Positions 6,961 through 15,562 of a stretch of DNA of 32,000 bases are shown here, piece after piece. Under the pieces are notes generated by a model. The model saw only the letters and a program-made list of their open reading frames with translations, was not told the DNA's origin and made no database searches. Positions within the stretch are counted from its first letter, which is position 1. The number at the start of each line of letters is the position of its first letter. This DNA is from Crocosphaera subtropica ATCC 51142 (lineage in GTDB: Bacteria > Cyanobacteriota > Cyanobacteriia > Cyanobacteriales > Microcystaceae). Where the stretch lies: positions 3,630,001 to 3,662,000 of the forward strand of contig NC_010546.1 of assembly GCF_000017845.1 (NCBI RefSeq), given 5' to 3'. The position numbers were made by a program, and so were the translations under genes.

Positions 6961-7740
6961 ATGTTGAATGGTACATCTTTACAAGAGCTTATTGATAATT
7001 CAGAAATCCAATCTCTATTATCTGACTTGATTCAGTTAATTGAAACTCCAGTTTCCATTGAAGACATTAATGGAAATTTAGTATTAGGAAAATCTCTAAC
7101 AACTTCAACAGAGGAATATTTAATTATGGCCGACCAACAAGCAATTGGGTCAGTGAAAGGAGATAGTTCAGCCCAAATAATTGCTCGATTATTATCTTAT
7201 TTAGCTAACCAGGAAAAATTGGTACTTTTTGATGACTTAACCACCATTCCTAATCGTCGTTATTTTAATCGTTATTATCAACAAGAGTGGAGACGTTGTC
7301 AACGAGAAAACTATCCAATGTCATTGTTATTATGTGACCTCGATTATTTCAAATCCTATAATGATTATTATGGTCATCAACAAGGAGATAATTGTTTAAG
7401 ACAAGTGGCTCAAATTCTTCAAAATACTTTAAAACGTCCTGGGGATATGGTTTTTCGTTATGGGGGAGAAGAATTTGTCATTATTTTGCCGAATACAGCG
7501 AGTGAAGGGGCCGAAATTATCGCTGAACAAATTGTTCAAAGCATACAACAAGAACAAATTGCTCATTATCCTTCTCCCGTCAGTTCTTATGTGACTATCA
7601 GTTTAGGTATAGCTGTCACTTTTCCTACAAATGCTTTATCTCCTCAGACTCTATTTGAGATGGTGGACATGGCACTTTATCGTGCTAAAGCCACAGGACG
7701 TAACCGCTATTGTTTACAAACCATCTCTGAGGAAAATTGA
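6961..7740 (+). CDS. GGDEF-domain diguanylate cyclase with a short N-terminal domain of unknown type
   Basis: 259-aa ORF with an intact active-site motif (RYGGEEF). An RxxD I-site (RPGD) lies five residues upstream. The DLTTIPNRRYF linker is typical of GGDEF domains. Confidence 0.9.
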   Translation: MLNGTSLQELIDNSEIQSLLSDLIQLIETPVSIEDINGNLVLGKSLTTSTEEYLIMADQQAIGSVKGDSSAQIIARLLSYLANQEKLVLFDDLTTIPNRRYFNRYYQQEWRRCQRENYPMSLLLCDLDYFKSYNDYYGHQQGDNCLRQVAQILQNTLKRPGDMVFRYGGEEFVIILPNTASEGAEIIAEQIVQSIQQEQIAHYPSPVSSYVTISLGIAVTFPTNALSPQTLFEMVDMALYRAKATGRNRYCLQTISEEN

Positions 7741-7846
7741 TCAAGTTGTTCAAGATCCTAGCATAGATATTTTGAGTATTTGTTAGAATCTGAGGCATAT
7801 TATAAAATTAAGTTAACAATCTTAACTGAATTCTCTATTTTGTGCT

Positions 7847-8533
7847 ATGGAACAAACATCGTTAAATTTGGTGGCGATCGCAGTTTTTGTCATGACCCTA
7901 TCGGCGTTACTCGGTCCCATCTTCAATATATCTCCATTTATTCCAGCGGCCGCTACCTTTACCATACTAGGGTTAGCGACTGTTGATAGTTTCAGTTGGG
8001 GAGGGAAGGGGCTAACCTTATTTCTAGACTTATTTACTCATGCTGAAGAACGTCAGCGTATCATTCATCATGAAGCGGGACATTTTTTAGCAGCTTATTG
8101 TTTAGGTATTCCTGTCACTGGTTATACCTTAACCGCTTGGGAAACATTTAAACAAGGAGAAGAAGCAGGAATGGGAGGGGTACAATTTGATTTTAGTCTC
8201 TTATCTGATCAAGAAAAAATTAGTAAAAATCCTTTAATTATTGAGCGTACTTTTACCGTTTTAATGGCTGGTATTGCAGCAGAAAATATTATCTATGAAA
8301 AAGCAGAAGGAGGAAAAGAAGATAAACAAAACTTACGGGAAATCATGAAGATTTTAGATATTCCTGTTCATCTGTATCCCCAAAAAGAAAGTTGGGCATT
8401 ATTACAAGCAAAAAATTTACTCCTTCGCCATCAAACCAGTTATAAAGCATTAGTTAAAATAATGGAAAAACGAGCTTCAGTGGAAGAATGTCAAACATTA
8501 ATTCAACACACCATGATCAATGATGCAAAATAA
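7847..8533 (+). CDS. Membrane-anchored zinc-metalloprotease-like protein (FtsH/M41-like peptidase domain without an AAA module)
   Basis: 228-aa ORF with two N-terminal hydrophobic helices followed by an HEXXH motif (IIHHEAGHFLAAY). The overall pattern resembles the protease half of FtsH. Confidence 0.6.
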   Translation: MEQTSLNLVAIAVFVMTLSALLGPIFNISPFIPAAATFTILGLATVDSFSWGGKGLTLFLDLFTHAEERQRIIHHEAGHFLAAYCLGIPVTGYTLTAWETFKQGEEAGMGGVQFDFSLLSDQEKISKNPLIIERTFTVLMAGIAAENIIYEKAEGGKEDKQNLREIMKILDIPVHLYPQKESWALLQAKNLLLRHQTSYKALVKIMEKRASVEECQTLIQHTMINDAK

Positions 8534-8562
8534 ATAATCTTTAAAATTAACTTTAGTCCAAA

Positions 8563-9084
8563 CTACCCCAATTTTGACAGATATTTAACATAAACTCGGT
8601 CGCATCGGGGGGTTTCTACACCGATACTTTGTTGATAATTGTACTTCTCATAAAGCTGAATTGCTTCTGTTAGACAGGTCGCAGTTTCTATCCAAATTTG
8701 TTGATATCCTTGAGTGATAATATCTTGTTCTAAAGCTTGTAATAGATAGGTTCCTAACCCCTGACCTCTTACCGATGGCAATAGATACATTTTACGAATT
8801 TCTACAGCGTGATCACCTCGATGAATGGGATAATAACCCCCTGTTCCCACAATTGTGTTGTTTAGTTCTACAACCCAAAATTTACCCCCTGCATTTTGAT
8901 AAAATTGTTCAATTTCTATTACATCAAGATCGGCTCCATTGGGTTCAAAGGAGAGTCCATATTCTTCTAGCACTACAGCAATTAATTGGGAAACTTTGTT
9001 GCGATCGCACGGGTGCCAATCTCTGATTAAAAAGTGTTTATAATGTCTCATTTTAAGGGGCTTTCTCTCAATTTTTACCATCAA
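8563..9084 (-). CDS. GNAT-family N-acetyltransferase
   Basis: 173-aa ORF with the acetyl-CoA-binding motif VRGQGLGTYLL. The true start may be the internal Met at 9051 (MRHYKHF...). Confidence 0.85.
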   Translation of the reverse strand: MMVKIERKPLKMRHYKHFLIRDWHPCDRNKVSQLIAVVLEEYGLSFEPNGADLDVIEIEQFYQNAGGKFWVVELNNTIVGTGGYYPIHRGDHAVEIRKMYLLPSVRGQGLGTYLLQALEQDIITQGYQQIWIETATCLTEAIQLYEKYNYQQSIGVETPRCDRVYVKYLSKLG

Positions 9085-9431
9085 AAACTACCCAATGATA
9101 ACCTTTCCAGTGTATGATGATAGGCAAAGGAACCTTAGTTAAAGGGTCATATTTCGTCCATAAGATTTTATGATACTTGGAATACAAACTACACTACAAT
9201 TTTCTTTACTGTATTATTTTAGTACAAAGATACTTTATATTAAACGGTTATAGACATTTAGTTTGTCAGTGAATCTCTTTTGTATCATAATCATATTAAC
9301 TAGAGTAAGGACGATGATTAGTAGAAGTGATTGGCTTTAGGTTAATGGAGACGATGATGGCGTTCAATTGATGATATTTAATAATAATTGTTATCTTGAT
9401 ACAAGAATAACATTGAGGGGATAATCTAATA

Positions 9432-10925
9432 ATGAGTAAAACAGAACGGAAGCCCTGGGATTTAGGACGTTTTATTACTACGTTAAATAAGTTTGAATTA
9501 ATTCCTTTTATTAGTGATCTGCAAAAACTTTTTAAGCCAAGCGCACCGCTACGAGGATCTCTTCGAGATCGCTTTTCACCTAAACTACAAAATAGCACTA
9601 TGGGAATGATTTTAGTCACCGGGGCAACCGGGGGTGTGGGTAAGCGTGTAGTTCGTCGTTTACTATCACAAAATTATTATGTTCGTGCTTTAGTCCGAGA
9701 TAAAGAAACAGCAAAAAGTCTCTTTGATGAAAGGGTTGAACTAATTCAAGGGGATGTGACTCGTCCCGAAACCTTGACCCCAAGACTATTAGAAAATGTT
9801 TCAGCCGTTATCTCCTGTGTGGGAACCCGTGTCCAACCCGTTGAAGGGGATACCCCTAACCGAGATAAATATTACCAAGGAACAAAATTTTATATGCCTC
9901 AAGTAGTAGACAGTCCCCAAGAAGTGGAATATTTGGGGATAAAAAATATCATTGAGATGATGAAAAAATATATGAGATCCGATACAAAATTATTATTCGA
10001 TTTTACCAACCCTACAGAAGAAATCAAGGACCTCTGGGGGGCAGTGGATGACGTAGTCATGGGAGGGGTTAGCGAAAGTAACATTCGTTTAGAACAAGAT
10101 AAAGCAGTGTTTTCAGGTAATGTATCTATAGCCAATAATGGAGGGTTTGCCTCAGTCAGAACCAAAAATTTGACCCCACCCTTAGATTTATCTGATTATG
10201 AAGGCATAGAATTAAGAGTGCAAGGAGACGGCAAACGGTATAAATTTATCATTCGTTGCGAAGGGAAATGGGATGGTGTGGGTTATAGTTATTCCTTTGA
10301 TACTTTCTACAATACGCCAACAACAGTCCGCATTCCTTTTTCTGAGTTAGTTCCGGTTTTTCGTGCCAAAACTGTACCCGAAATGGGCAATTTTGACCCC
10401 AGTTGTGTCTATTCGATGCAGTTAATGCAAACCAAATTCGAGTATGATGGCGCATTAAACCCCAAGTTTTCCCCTGGTTTATTTCGCTTAGAAGTCAATT
10501 CTATTAAAGCTTACGGGGGAAAAGTTAACACCCCACAATTTATTTTAATTAGTTCTGCAGGAGTGACTCGTCCTGGCCGTTCTGATATTAACTTAGAAGA
10601 ACAACCCCCGGCGGTGAAAATGAATGATCAATTAGGCAATATTCTTACCTGGAAATTGAAAGGGGAAGAGGTACTGCGTCAAAGTGGATTAAACTATACA
10701 ATTATCAGACCTTGTGCCTTAACTGAGAACCCTGGGAATAAAGCCTTAATCTTTGAGCAAGGGGATAACTTAAAAGGCCAAGTCAGTCGAGAAGCGATCG
10801 CCGATCTCTGTTTACAGGTATTACGGTGGCCAGAAGCGTGTCAAAAAACCTTTGAAGTATGCGAAGATGAAAAACCAGACCAGGGACAGACCAAACCAGC
10901 GATCGCAGCTTTAAAACCAGACTAA
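9432..10925 (+). CDS. NAD(P)-binding (NmrA/SDR-like) protein with an inserted CIA30 (complex I intermediate-associated protein 30) domain
   Basis: 497-aa ORF. The Rossmann motif VTGATGGVGKRVV opens the NAD(P)-binding fold. A central CIA30-like block (WGAVDDVVMGGVSES...FSGNVS..NNGGFASVRT) interrupts it, and the fold resumes at FILISSAGVTRPG. Its stop lies 1 nt before the bioD start. Confidence 0.8.
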   Translation: MSKTERKPWDLGRFITTLNKFELIPFISDLQKLFKPSAPLRGSLRDRFSPKLQNSTMGMILVTGATGGVGKRVVRRLLSQNYYVRALVRDKETAKSLFDERVELIQGDVTRPETLTPRLLENVSAVISCVGTRVQPVEGDTPNRDKYYQGTKFYMPQVVDSPQEVEYLGIKNIIEMMKKYMRSDTKLLFDFTNPTEEIKDLWGAVDDVVMGGVSESNIRLEQDKAVFSGNVSIANNGGFASVRTKNLTPPLDLSDYEGIELRVQGDGKRYKFIIRCEGKWDGVGYSYSFDTFYNTPTTVRIPFSELVPVFRAKTVPEMGNFDPSCVYSMQLMQTKFEYDGALNPKFSPGLFRLEVNSIKAYGGKVNTPQFILISSAGVTRPGRSDINLEEQPPAVKMNDQLGNILTWKLKGEEVLRQSGLNYTIIRPCALTENPGNKALIFEQGDNLKGQVSREAIADLCLQVLRWPEACQKTFEVCEDEKPDQGQTKPAIAALKPD

Positions 10926-10926
10926 T

Positions 10927-11592
10927 ATGACAACTCTATTCATCGTCGGAACCGATACAGAAGTAGGCAAAACGGTGGTTACCTCCGCTTTAGCTGCTTA
11001 TTGGCAAACCTATCACTCCTCTGAGTCGTTAGGGGTGATCAAGTTACTACAAACTGGCATAGGAGACGTTGAACACTATCAACGGTTATTGCCTCATGTG
11101 GAGGTGGTCAACCCCTTACGATATGAGACTCCGGTTGCCCCTCCTGTAGCTGCTGAGAAGGAAAACCGCTCAATTCCATTAGATCAGGTATGGCAAGGAT
11201 TAAACGACCTACAACAGCGAAAAAACCTCGTCTTAGCGGAGGGACTGGGGGGGTTAGGATCGCCGGTGACTTGGGAGTTAACCGTTGCTGATCTCGCAGG
11301 GGAGTGGGGTTTACCGACAGTTTTGGTGGTTCCTGTGAAATTAGGAGCGATCGCTCAAACTGTTGCTAATGTCGCCTTAGCCCGTCAATATAAAGTTAAT
11401 TTGAAAGGGATTATTTTCAGTTGTCCTCGTCCTCTTTCCCACGAAGAAATTGTTAATTTTGCCCCCATTACTTTAATCGAGTCTTTAACCAAAACTCCTG
11501 TTTTGGGCATGATTTCCTACTTAGAAAATATCGAAGATATCACTAAATTAGCCCATATCGCTTCTAGTTTAGATTTAGAAATGTTGTTTTAA
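10927..11592 (+). CDS. bioD: Dethiobiotin synthase
   Basis: 221-aa ORF with the N-terminal P-loop FIVGTDTEVGKT and the later EGLGGLGSPV motif characteristic of BioD. Confidence 0.9.
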   Translation: MTTLFIVGTDTEVGKTVVTSALAAYWQTYHSSESLGVIKLLQTGIGDVEHYQRLLPHVEVVNPLRYETPVAPPVAAEKENRSIPLDQVWQGLNDLQQRKNLVLAEGLGGLGSPVTWELTVADLAGEWGLPTVLVVPVKLGAIAQTVANVALARQYKVNLKGIIFSCPRPLSHEEIVNFAPITLIESLTKTPVLGMISYLENIEDITKLAHIASSLDLEMLF

Positions 11593-11595
11593 GTG

Positions 11596-11630
11596 AGTGA
11601 CCAGTAAGGGGTAATAAATCACTGGTCACT
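11596..11630. terminator. Hairpin between convergent bioD and porin A; possible shared terminator
   Basis: A perfect 10-bp inverted repeat, AGTGACCAGT (11596-11605) with ACTGGTCACT (11621-11630), encloses a 15-nt loop. There is no clear U-tract on either side. Confidence 0.4.
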
Positions 11631-11639
11631 GATAACGGT

Positions 11640-13394
11640 TTAGAACTTATAGGTTGCCCGTAAAACCCCTACCCAGATCGTATTGTTATCCTCATCTCCT
11701 TCAGGATTGATCACCGTATAGAAACCAGGCGTTAACAAAATACCATCCGTCAGAGGATACTGATACTGAGCTTCAATGATGTAAGGGGTATCCTTATCAG
11801 GAACCCTTAAATCCCCCGTTCGAGCATCGATCCGTTCGGCCGTAACATATTGTCCGCCACCAATAGAAAGGACGGCTCCTTCTTTGAATAAATCAACCAT
11901 CGATAAGATAGCAGACCACGTCCATAGGTCAGCACCAAAACCACGGCGATCGGCTCCATCTTCATCATCGCCTTGAGCGCGGGCTAAAGCATAACCCCCT
12001 GTAGCGTAGAGGTGGAAGGTATCGTTAATGCGCCAGTCTCCTGTAATACCGTAACTATCCCGAAGGGTAGGTGCTTCAAGAAAGGGATCACTAGCAACAC
12101 GGCTACCATTACTTGCAGAAAGGTTAGCTTCATCTGCAGCAAAATAGGAAAGAAGATAGGTAAAGCTAAAAGAAAGACTATCGGTGGGATAAACCCCTAA
12201 CTGCCCCCCTGCACTGTAGGAACCATTAAATAAACCTTCCCCTAAGTCTGGACTGTTACCATTGTCAGATAGATAGAGACCTCTGACTACAAATAAATCG
12301 TCAAATAGCTTGTATTCAGCACCAGCACCAATCCCTTCAGGCCCACGGAATACAAGGGGGTTACGACGCATAAATCGAGATAAGGCACCAGTGCCAGAAC
12401 TAGCCATAAAAGGGTTCCCTACATCGAAAATGTTGTCAATATCTAATGCGTTAGTTCCCACAAACCCTCGGAAGTTACCAATGGGGAAGCGATAGTAAAC
12501 ATCATCGAATACCACATCAGCATCCGTAGACGCATCGTGTCCTAAGCGGGCCATGGTTGTTCCAGTGGCTCGATCCCATCTAGGAATGCTTCCTGCTTGA
12601 AAACGAACCCTTAAACGGTCTTTGCCGTAGAATGCAGTGTCAAAATTAAGACGAGTCCGAAAGGCTAAGGTGGCGTTATCGTCAATACGTCGAGTGGCAT
12701 TGGGTAGAACTGCCCCAAAGTTATCAATCGCATCCCGTTGACGAGAATCTATGGCTCTTTCCCCTGCTGCTGTGGAGAAAGTAAACAGGACTTCCCCGTT
12801 TAACTTGGTGGTGGTCGAAAATTGGTGATCTTCTAAGAATGCGACCCGTTCCTCTAAGTTCTCGACTCGCGCCCCTAAAGCAATCAATTCTTGTTCAAAT
12901 TCTTGGGCTAAGCGCTTTAATTTTTCGATGTCTTCCCGTAAAACGGCTACATTTTCTTGGATTAACCGTTCCATGGTGTTTAAACAAGCATTCAAACCGG
13001 CTGCAAATTCCCAACGGGAGGTGGCGCGGTTGCCTCGGAAGGTTCGGTCAGGATAACCCACAATACAACCATAACGCTCGACCAGGCTTCTTAAAGCTTC
13101 GTAAGCCCAGTCCGTCGGAGAAACGTCTCTTAACTCAGAAATACTGGTCACTTGGGACATTCCATTGCCGGTACTGTTATCCTGAAACTGTTTACTGGTA
13201 TCTCGGTTTAAGGGAGTTTTGAGGGTGGGACGATTTTGTAAGATCCCTAACGCTTCTTCGGGGGAAACAATATCGGCCTGGCTTGGGTTAATTGGGCTGT
13301 CATCGGGAGCAGCGATCGCACTTTGGGCAACGATCACCGATAAGGCTGCTACTCCGGAAGTCGCTTTCAGACATTGGAAAAACAGTTTCCACAT
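11640..13394 (-). CDS. Outer-membrane porin with an SLH domain and an OprB-type beta-barrel (cyanobacterial porin family; homologues are often annotated as 'iron uptake porin'), paralog A
   Basis: It has a signal peptide (..AQSAIA/AP), an SLH motif (DVSPTDWAYEALRSLVERYGCIVGYPDRTFRGNRATSRWEF), a coiled-coil linker, and a Gly/aromatic-rich barrel ending in the OMP-type terminal Phe (ATYKF). I prefer the ATG at 13394, which is preceded by GAGGAAAG. The track's GTG at 13409 would add MRKVK. Confidence 0.9.
   Translation of the reverse strand: MWKLFFQCLKATSGVAALSVIVAQSAIAAPDDSPINPSQADIVSPEEALGILQNRPTLKTPLNRDTSKQFQDNSTGNGMSQVTSISELRDVSPTDWAYEALRSLVERYGCIVGYPDRTFRGNRATSRWEFAAGLNACLNTMERLIQENVAVLREDIEKLKRLAQEFEQELIALGARVENLEERVAFLEDHQFSTTTKLNGEVLFTFSTAAGERAIDSRQRDAIDNFGAVLPNATRRIDDNATLAFRTRLNFDTAFYGKDRLRVRFQAGSIPRWDRATGTTMARLGHDASTDADVVFDDVYYRFPIGNFRGFVGTNALDIDNIFDVGNPFMASSGTGALSRFMRRNPLVFRGPEGIGAGAEYKLFDDLFVVRGLYLSDNGNSPDLGEGLFNGSYSAGGQLGVYPTDSLSFSFTYLLSYFAADEANLSASNGSRVASDPFLEAPTLRDSYGITGDWRINDTFHLYATGGYALARAQGDDEDGADRRGFGADLWTWSAILSMVDLFKEGAVLSIGGGQYVTAERIDARTGDLRVPDKDTPYIIEAQYQYPLTDGILLTPGFYTVINPEGDEDNNTIWVGVLRATYKF
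12801..13163 (-). repeat. Near-identical tract (SLH plus coiled-coil coding segment) shared with 14952-15314
   Basis: This segment encodes residues 83-203, which are 100% identical between the two porins. By my alignment only 6 of 363 nucleotides differ. The rest of the genes is much more diverged. Confidence 0.9.
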
Positions 13395-13403
13395 TTTCAC
13401 TTT

Positions 13404-13411
13404 CCTCACAC
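13404..13411 (-). promoter_or_regulatory. RBS region of porin A (GUGUGAGGA), complementary to the conserved Yfr1 sRNA motif
   Basis: The mRNA-sense sequence is CUUAGGUGUGAGGAAAGUGAAAAUG. GUGUGAGGA is the exact complement of UCCUCACAC within the Yfr1 core ACUCCUCACAC. Confidence 0.4.
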
Positions 13412-13622
13412 CTAAGAAAGAAATAATTGTGATTGTGTTGAGTAATCATCTATGTCAGAAAACGTCGCTTTGTCGATGGGCTGTAAATGATAGCTTGTTT
13501 GACTCTGTTGGTATTTGACATAAGATAGTTATGGTATTGCTAACCCTGAGCGGACAAGGGTCTTGCAATAAGAAATATCATAATATTATAGAAAACTTTA
13601 TTTAAAATTGGACAAGGAAAGG

Positions 13623-13666
13623 ATACTCATATCTTGCACCTTCGATAACATTAGCTAATTTCTAAG
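13623..13666 (-). repeat. Short dispersed repeat 'X', copy 2
   Basis: The minus strand reads CTTAGAAATTAGCTAATGTTATCGAAGGTGCAAGATATGAGTAT and matches 6301-6344. It lies in the spacer between the two porin genes. Confidence 0.6.
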
Positions 13667-13737
13667 GATTCAGCCATCAGCTATATTCATTATTAAGTTT
13701 ATGTGTTCTAGTGAAAGATGTCAGGATAGAAAAGTAA

Positions 13738-13763
13738 GACCCCTCCTATTTTCAGGAAGGGTC
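13738..13763 (-). terminator. Intrinsic terminator of porin B
   Basis: The minus strand reads GACCCTTCC-tgaaaata-GGAGGGGTC, a 9-bp stem with one G-U pair, followed by UUACUUUUCU. It begins 28 nt after the porin B stop. Confidence 0.6.
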
Positions 13764-13790
13764 AACCGTTTAAGGAGTATTCGTTACAGT

Positions 13791-15545
13791 TTAGAATTTG
13801 AAAGTAGTCCGTAAAGCACCAACCCAGATACTATTGTTAAACTCGTCTCCTTCGGGGTTAATCACCACATAGAAACCAGGGGTTAACAAGATATTATCAT
13901 TGAGAGGATATTGGTATTGGGCTTCAATGATGTAAGGGGTGTCCTTATCAGGTACTCTGAGATCCCCAGGGAAAGCGTCGATCCGCTCAGCCGTGACAAA
14001 TTGACCACCAGCAACAGAAAAGACGGCCCCTTCCTTGAAGATATCAATAACGGATAAAGCAGCACTCCAAGTCCATAAATCGGCACCATAGCCACTGCGA
14101 TCGATTCCATCTTCATCTTGTCCTTGGGCCCGAGCTAAGGCATAACCCCCCCAAGCCGTCAAGTGGAACATATCATTAATCCGCCAGTCCCCTTGGATAC
14201 CGTAACTATCTCGAAGGGTAGGAGCCTCTAGGAAAGGATCACTTGCGACACGGCTACCGTTACTAGAAGATGTATTTACGTCTCCTTCGGGGAAATAGGA
14301 GAGAAGATAGGTAAAGGTGAAATCTAAGTTATCGGTCGGATAAATTCCTAACTGACCCCCTGCACTATATTCACCGTTAAATAAACCTTCTCCCAAGTCA
14401 GGACTATTCCCGTTAGCTGAGAGGTATAAACCACGAACCGCTACAACGTCATTGAACATACTATAGGCGAAACCGCCCCCAATCCCTTCAGGCCCACGGA
14501 ATACCAAGGGGTTACGACGGATGAAGCGAGATAAAGCCCCGGTTCCAGAACTGGCTAAGAAAGGAGTCCCCACATCAAAAATATCGTCAATGTCAAGGGA
14601 ACTTGCTCCGACCCAGGTGGTTAAATCACCCACCGAGAAACGGTAGTATAAGTCTCCAATAGCAACATCAGCATCATTGAAGATATCGTGTCCTAACCGT
14701 GCCATTACCGTTCCTGTGGCGCGGTCATATCGGACGAGGTTTCCTGTTTCAATCCTTGTTCTTAAACGGTCTTTTCCGGTGAAACTGGTGTCAAAGTTGA
14801 GTCGAGTCCGAAAACCAAGGGTCGCATTATCATCAATCCGTCGGGTAGCTCCAGGAAGGTCTGCTCCAAAGTTTTCAATCGCATCTGTTTGACGAGAATC
14901 TAAGGCTCTTTCCCCTGAAGCTGAGGAAACGGTAAACAGGACTTCCCCGCTCAATTTGGTGGTGGTCGAAAATTGGTGATCTTCTAAGAATGCGACCCGT
15001 TCCTCTAAGTTTTCGACTCGCGCCCCTAAAGCAATCAATTCTTGTTCAAATTCTTGGGCTAACCGCTTCAATTTTTCGATGTCTTCCCGTAAAACGGCTA
15101 CATTTTCTTGGATTAACCGTTCCATGGTGTTTAAACAAGCATTCAAACCGGCTGCAAATTCCCAACGAGAGGTGGCGCGGTTGCCTCGGAAGGTTCGGTC
15201 AGGATAACCCACAATACAACCGTAACGCTCGACCAGGCTTCTTAAAGCTTCGTAAGCCCAGTCCGTCGGAGAAACGTCTCTTAACTCAGAAATACTGGTC
15301 ACCTGGGACATTCCACTATCGGCGGTTCCATCCCGAAACTGTTTACTGGTATCTCGGTTTAAGGGAGTTTGGAGGGTAGGACGATTTTGTAAGATCCCTA
15401 ACGCTTCTTCGGGAGAAACAAGATCCCCTTGAGTTGCGTTAATCTGGTTTTCATCGGGAACAGCGATCGCACTCTGGGCAACGATCACAGATAAGGCTGC
15501 TACACCTGAAGTCATTTTCAAACATTGGGAAAATAATTTCCACAT
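13791..15545 (-). CDS. Outer-membrane porin with an SLH domain and an OprB-type beta-barrel, paralog B
   Basis: It has the same architecture as paralog A, including the terminal TTFKF. I prefer the ATG at 15545, which has the same GAGGAAAG RBS. The track's GTG is at 15560. Confidence 0.9.
   Translation of the reverse strand: MWKLFSQCLKMTSGVAALSVIVAQSAIAVPDENQINATQGDLVSPEEALGILQNRPTLQTPLNRDTSKQFRDGTADSGMSQVTSISELRDVSPTDWAYEALRSLVERYGCIVGYPDRTFRGNRATSRWEFAAGLNACLNTMERLIQENVAVLREDIEKLKRLAQEFEQELIALGARVENLEERVAFLEDHQFSTTTKLSGEVLFTVSSASGERALDSRQTDAIENFGADLPGATRRIDDNATLGFRTRLNFDTSFTGKDRLRTRIETGNLVRYDRATGTVMARLGHDIFNDADVAIGDLYYRFSVGDLTTWVGASSLDIDDIFDVGTPFLASSGTGALSRFIRRNPLVFRGPEGIGGGFAYSMFNDVVAVRGLYLSANGNSPDLGEGLFNGEYSAGGQLGIYPTDNLDFTFTYLLSYFPEGDVNTSSSNGSRVASDPFLEAPTLRDSYGIQGDWRINDMFHLTAWGGYALARAQGQDEDGIDRSGYGADLWTWSAALSVIDIFKEGAVFSVAGGQFVTAERIDAFPGDLRVPDKDTPYIIEAQYQYPLNDNILLTPGFYVVINPEGDEFNNSIWVGALRTTFKF
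14952..15314 (-). repeat. Near-identical tract shared with 12801-13163
   Basis: See 12801-13163. The two copies are offset by 2151 bp. Confidence 0.9.
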
Positions 15546-15554
15546 TTTCACTTT

Positions 15555-15562
15555 CCTCACAC
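15555..15562 (-). promoter_or_regulatory. RBS region of porin B (GUGUGAGGA), complementary to the conserved Yfr1 sRNA motif
   Basis: The leader AGGUGUGAGGAAAGUGAAAAUG is identical to that of porin A. Confidence 0.4.

Noticed and set aside
7780-7986. 68-aa plus-strand ORF overlapping the start of the M41-like protein gene
   Set aside because: It is in a different frame from the better-supported 228-aa ORF and has no features.
9258-9285. Possible third partial copy of repeat Y (AGTTTGTCAGTGAATCTCTTTTG versus AGTTTTGTCAGTTATCTCTCAATTT)
   Set aside because: The similarity is limited to about 20 nt with a gap and does not extend into the conserved TCAATTTCCTTAT core. It could be chance.
9296-9619. 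Minus-strand 107-aa ORF overlapping the start of the CIA30/NAD(P)-binding gene
   Set aside because: It overlaps the conserved-looking N-terminus of the plus-strand gene, and its sequence is basic and low-complexity. It is most likely spurious.
12839-13222. A pair of conserved plus-strand ORFs (12839-13222, 127 aa, and 14990-15379, 129 aa) antisense to the two porin genes
   Set aside because: They lie exactly within the near-identical SLH/coiled-coil tract, so their conservation is explained by the sense-strand identity. They have no motifs and odd composition, and they are fully embedded in strongly supported genes.
13219-13518. 99-aa plus-strand ORF spanning the porin A 5' end and its upstream region
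   Set aside because: Most of it is antisense to the porin signal-peptide region, and the remainder runs through promoter DNA. It has no recognisable features.
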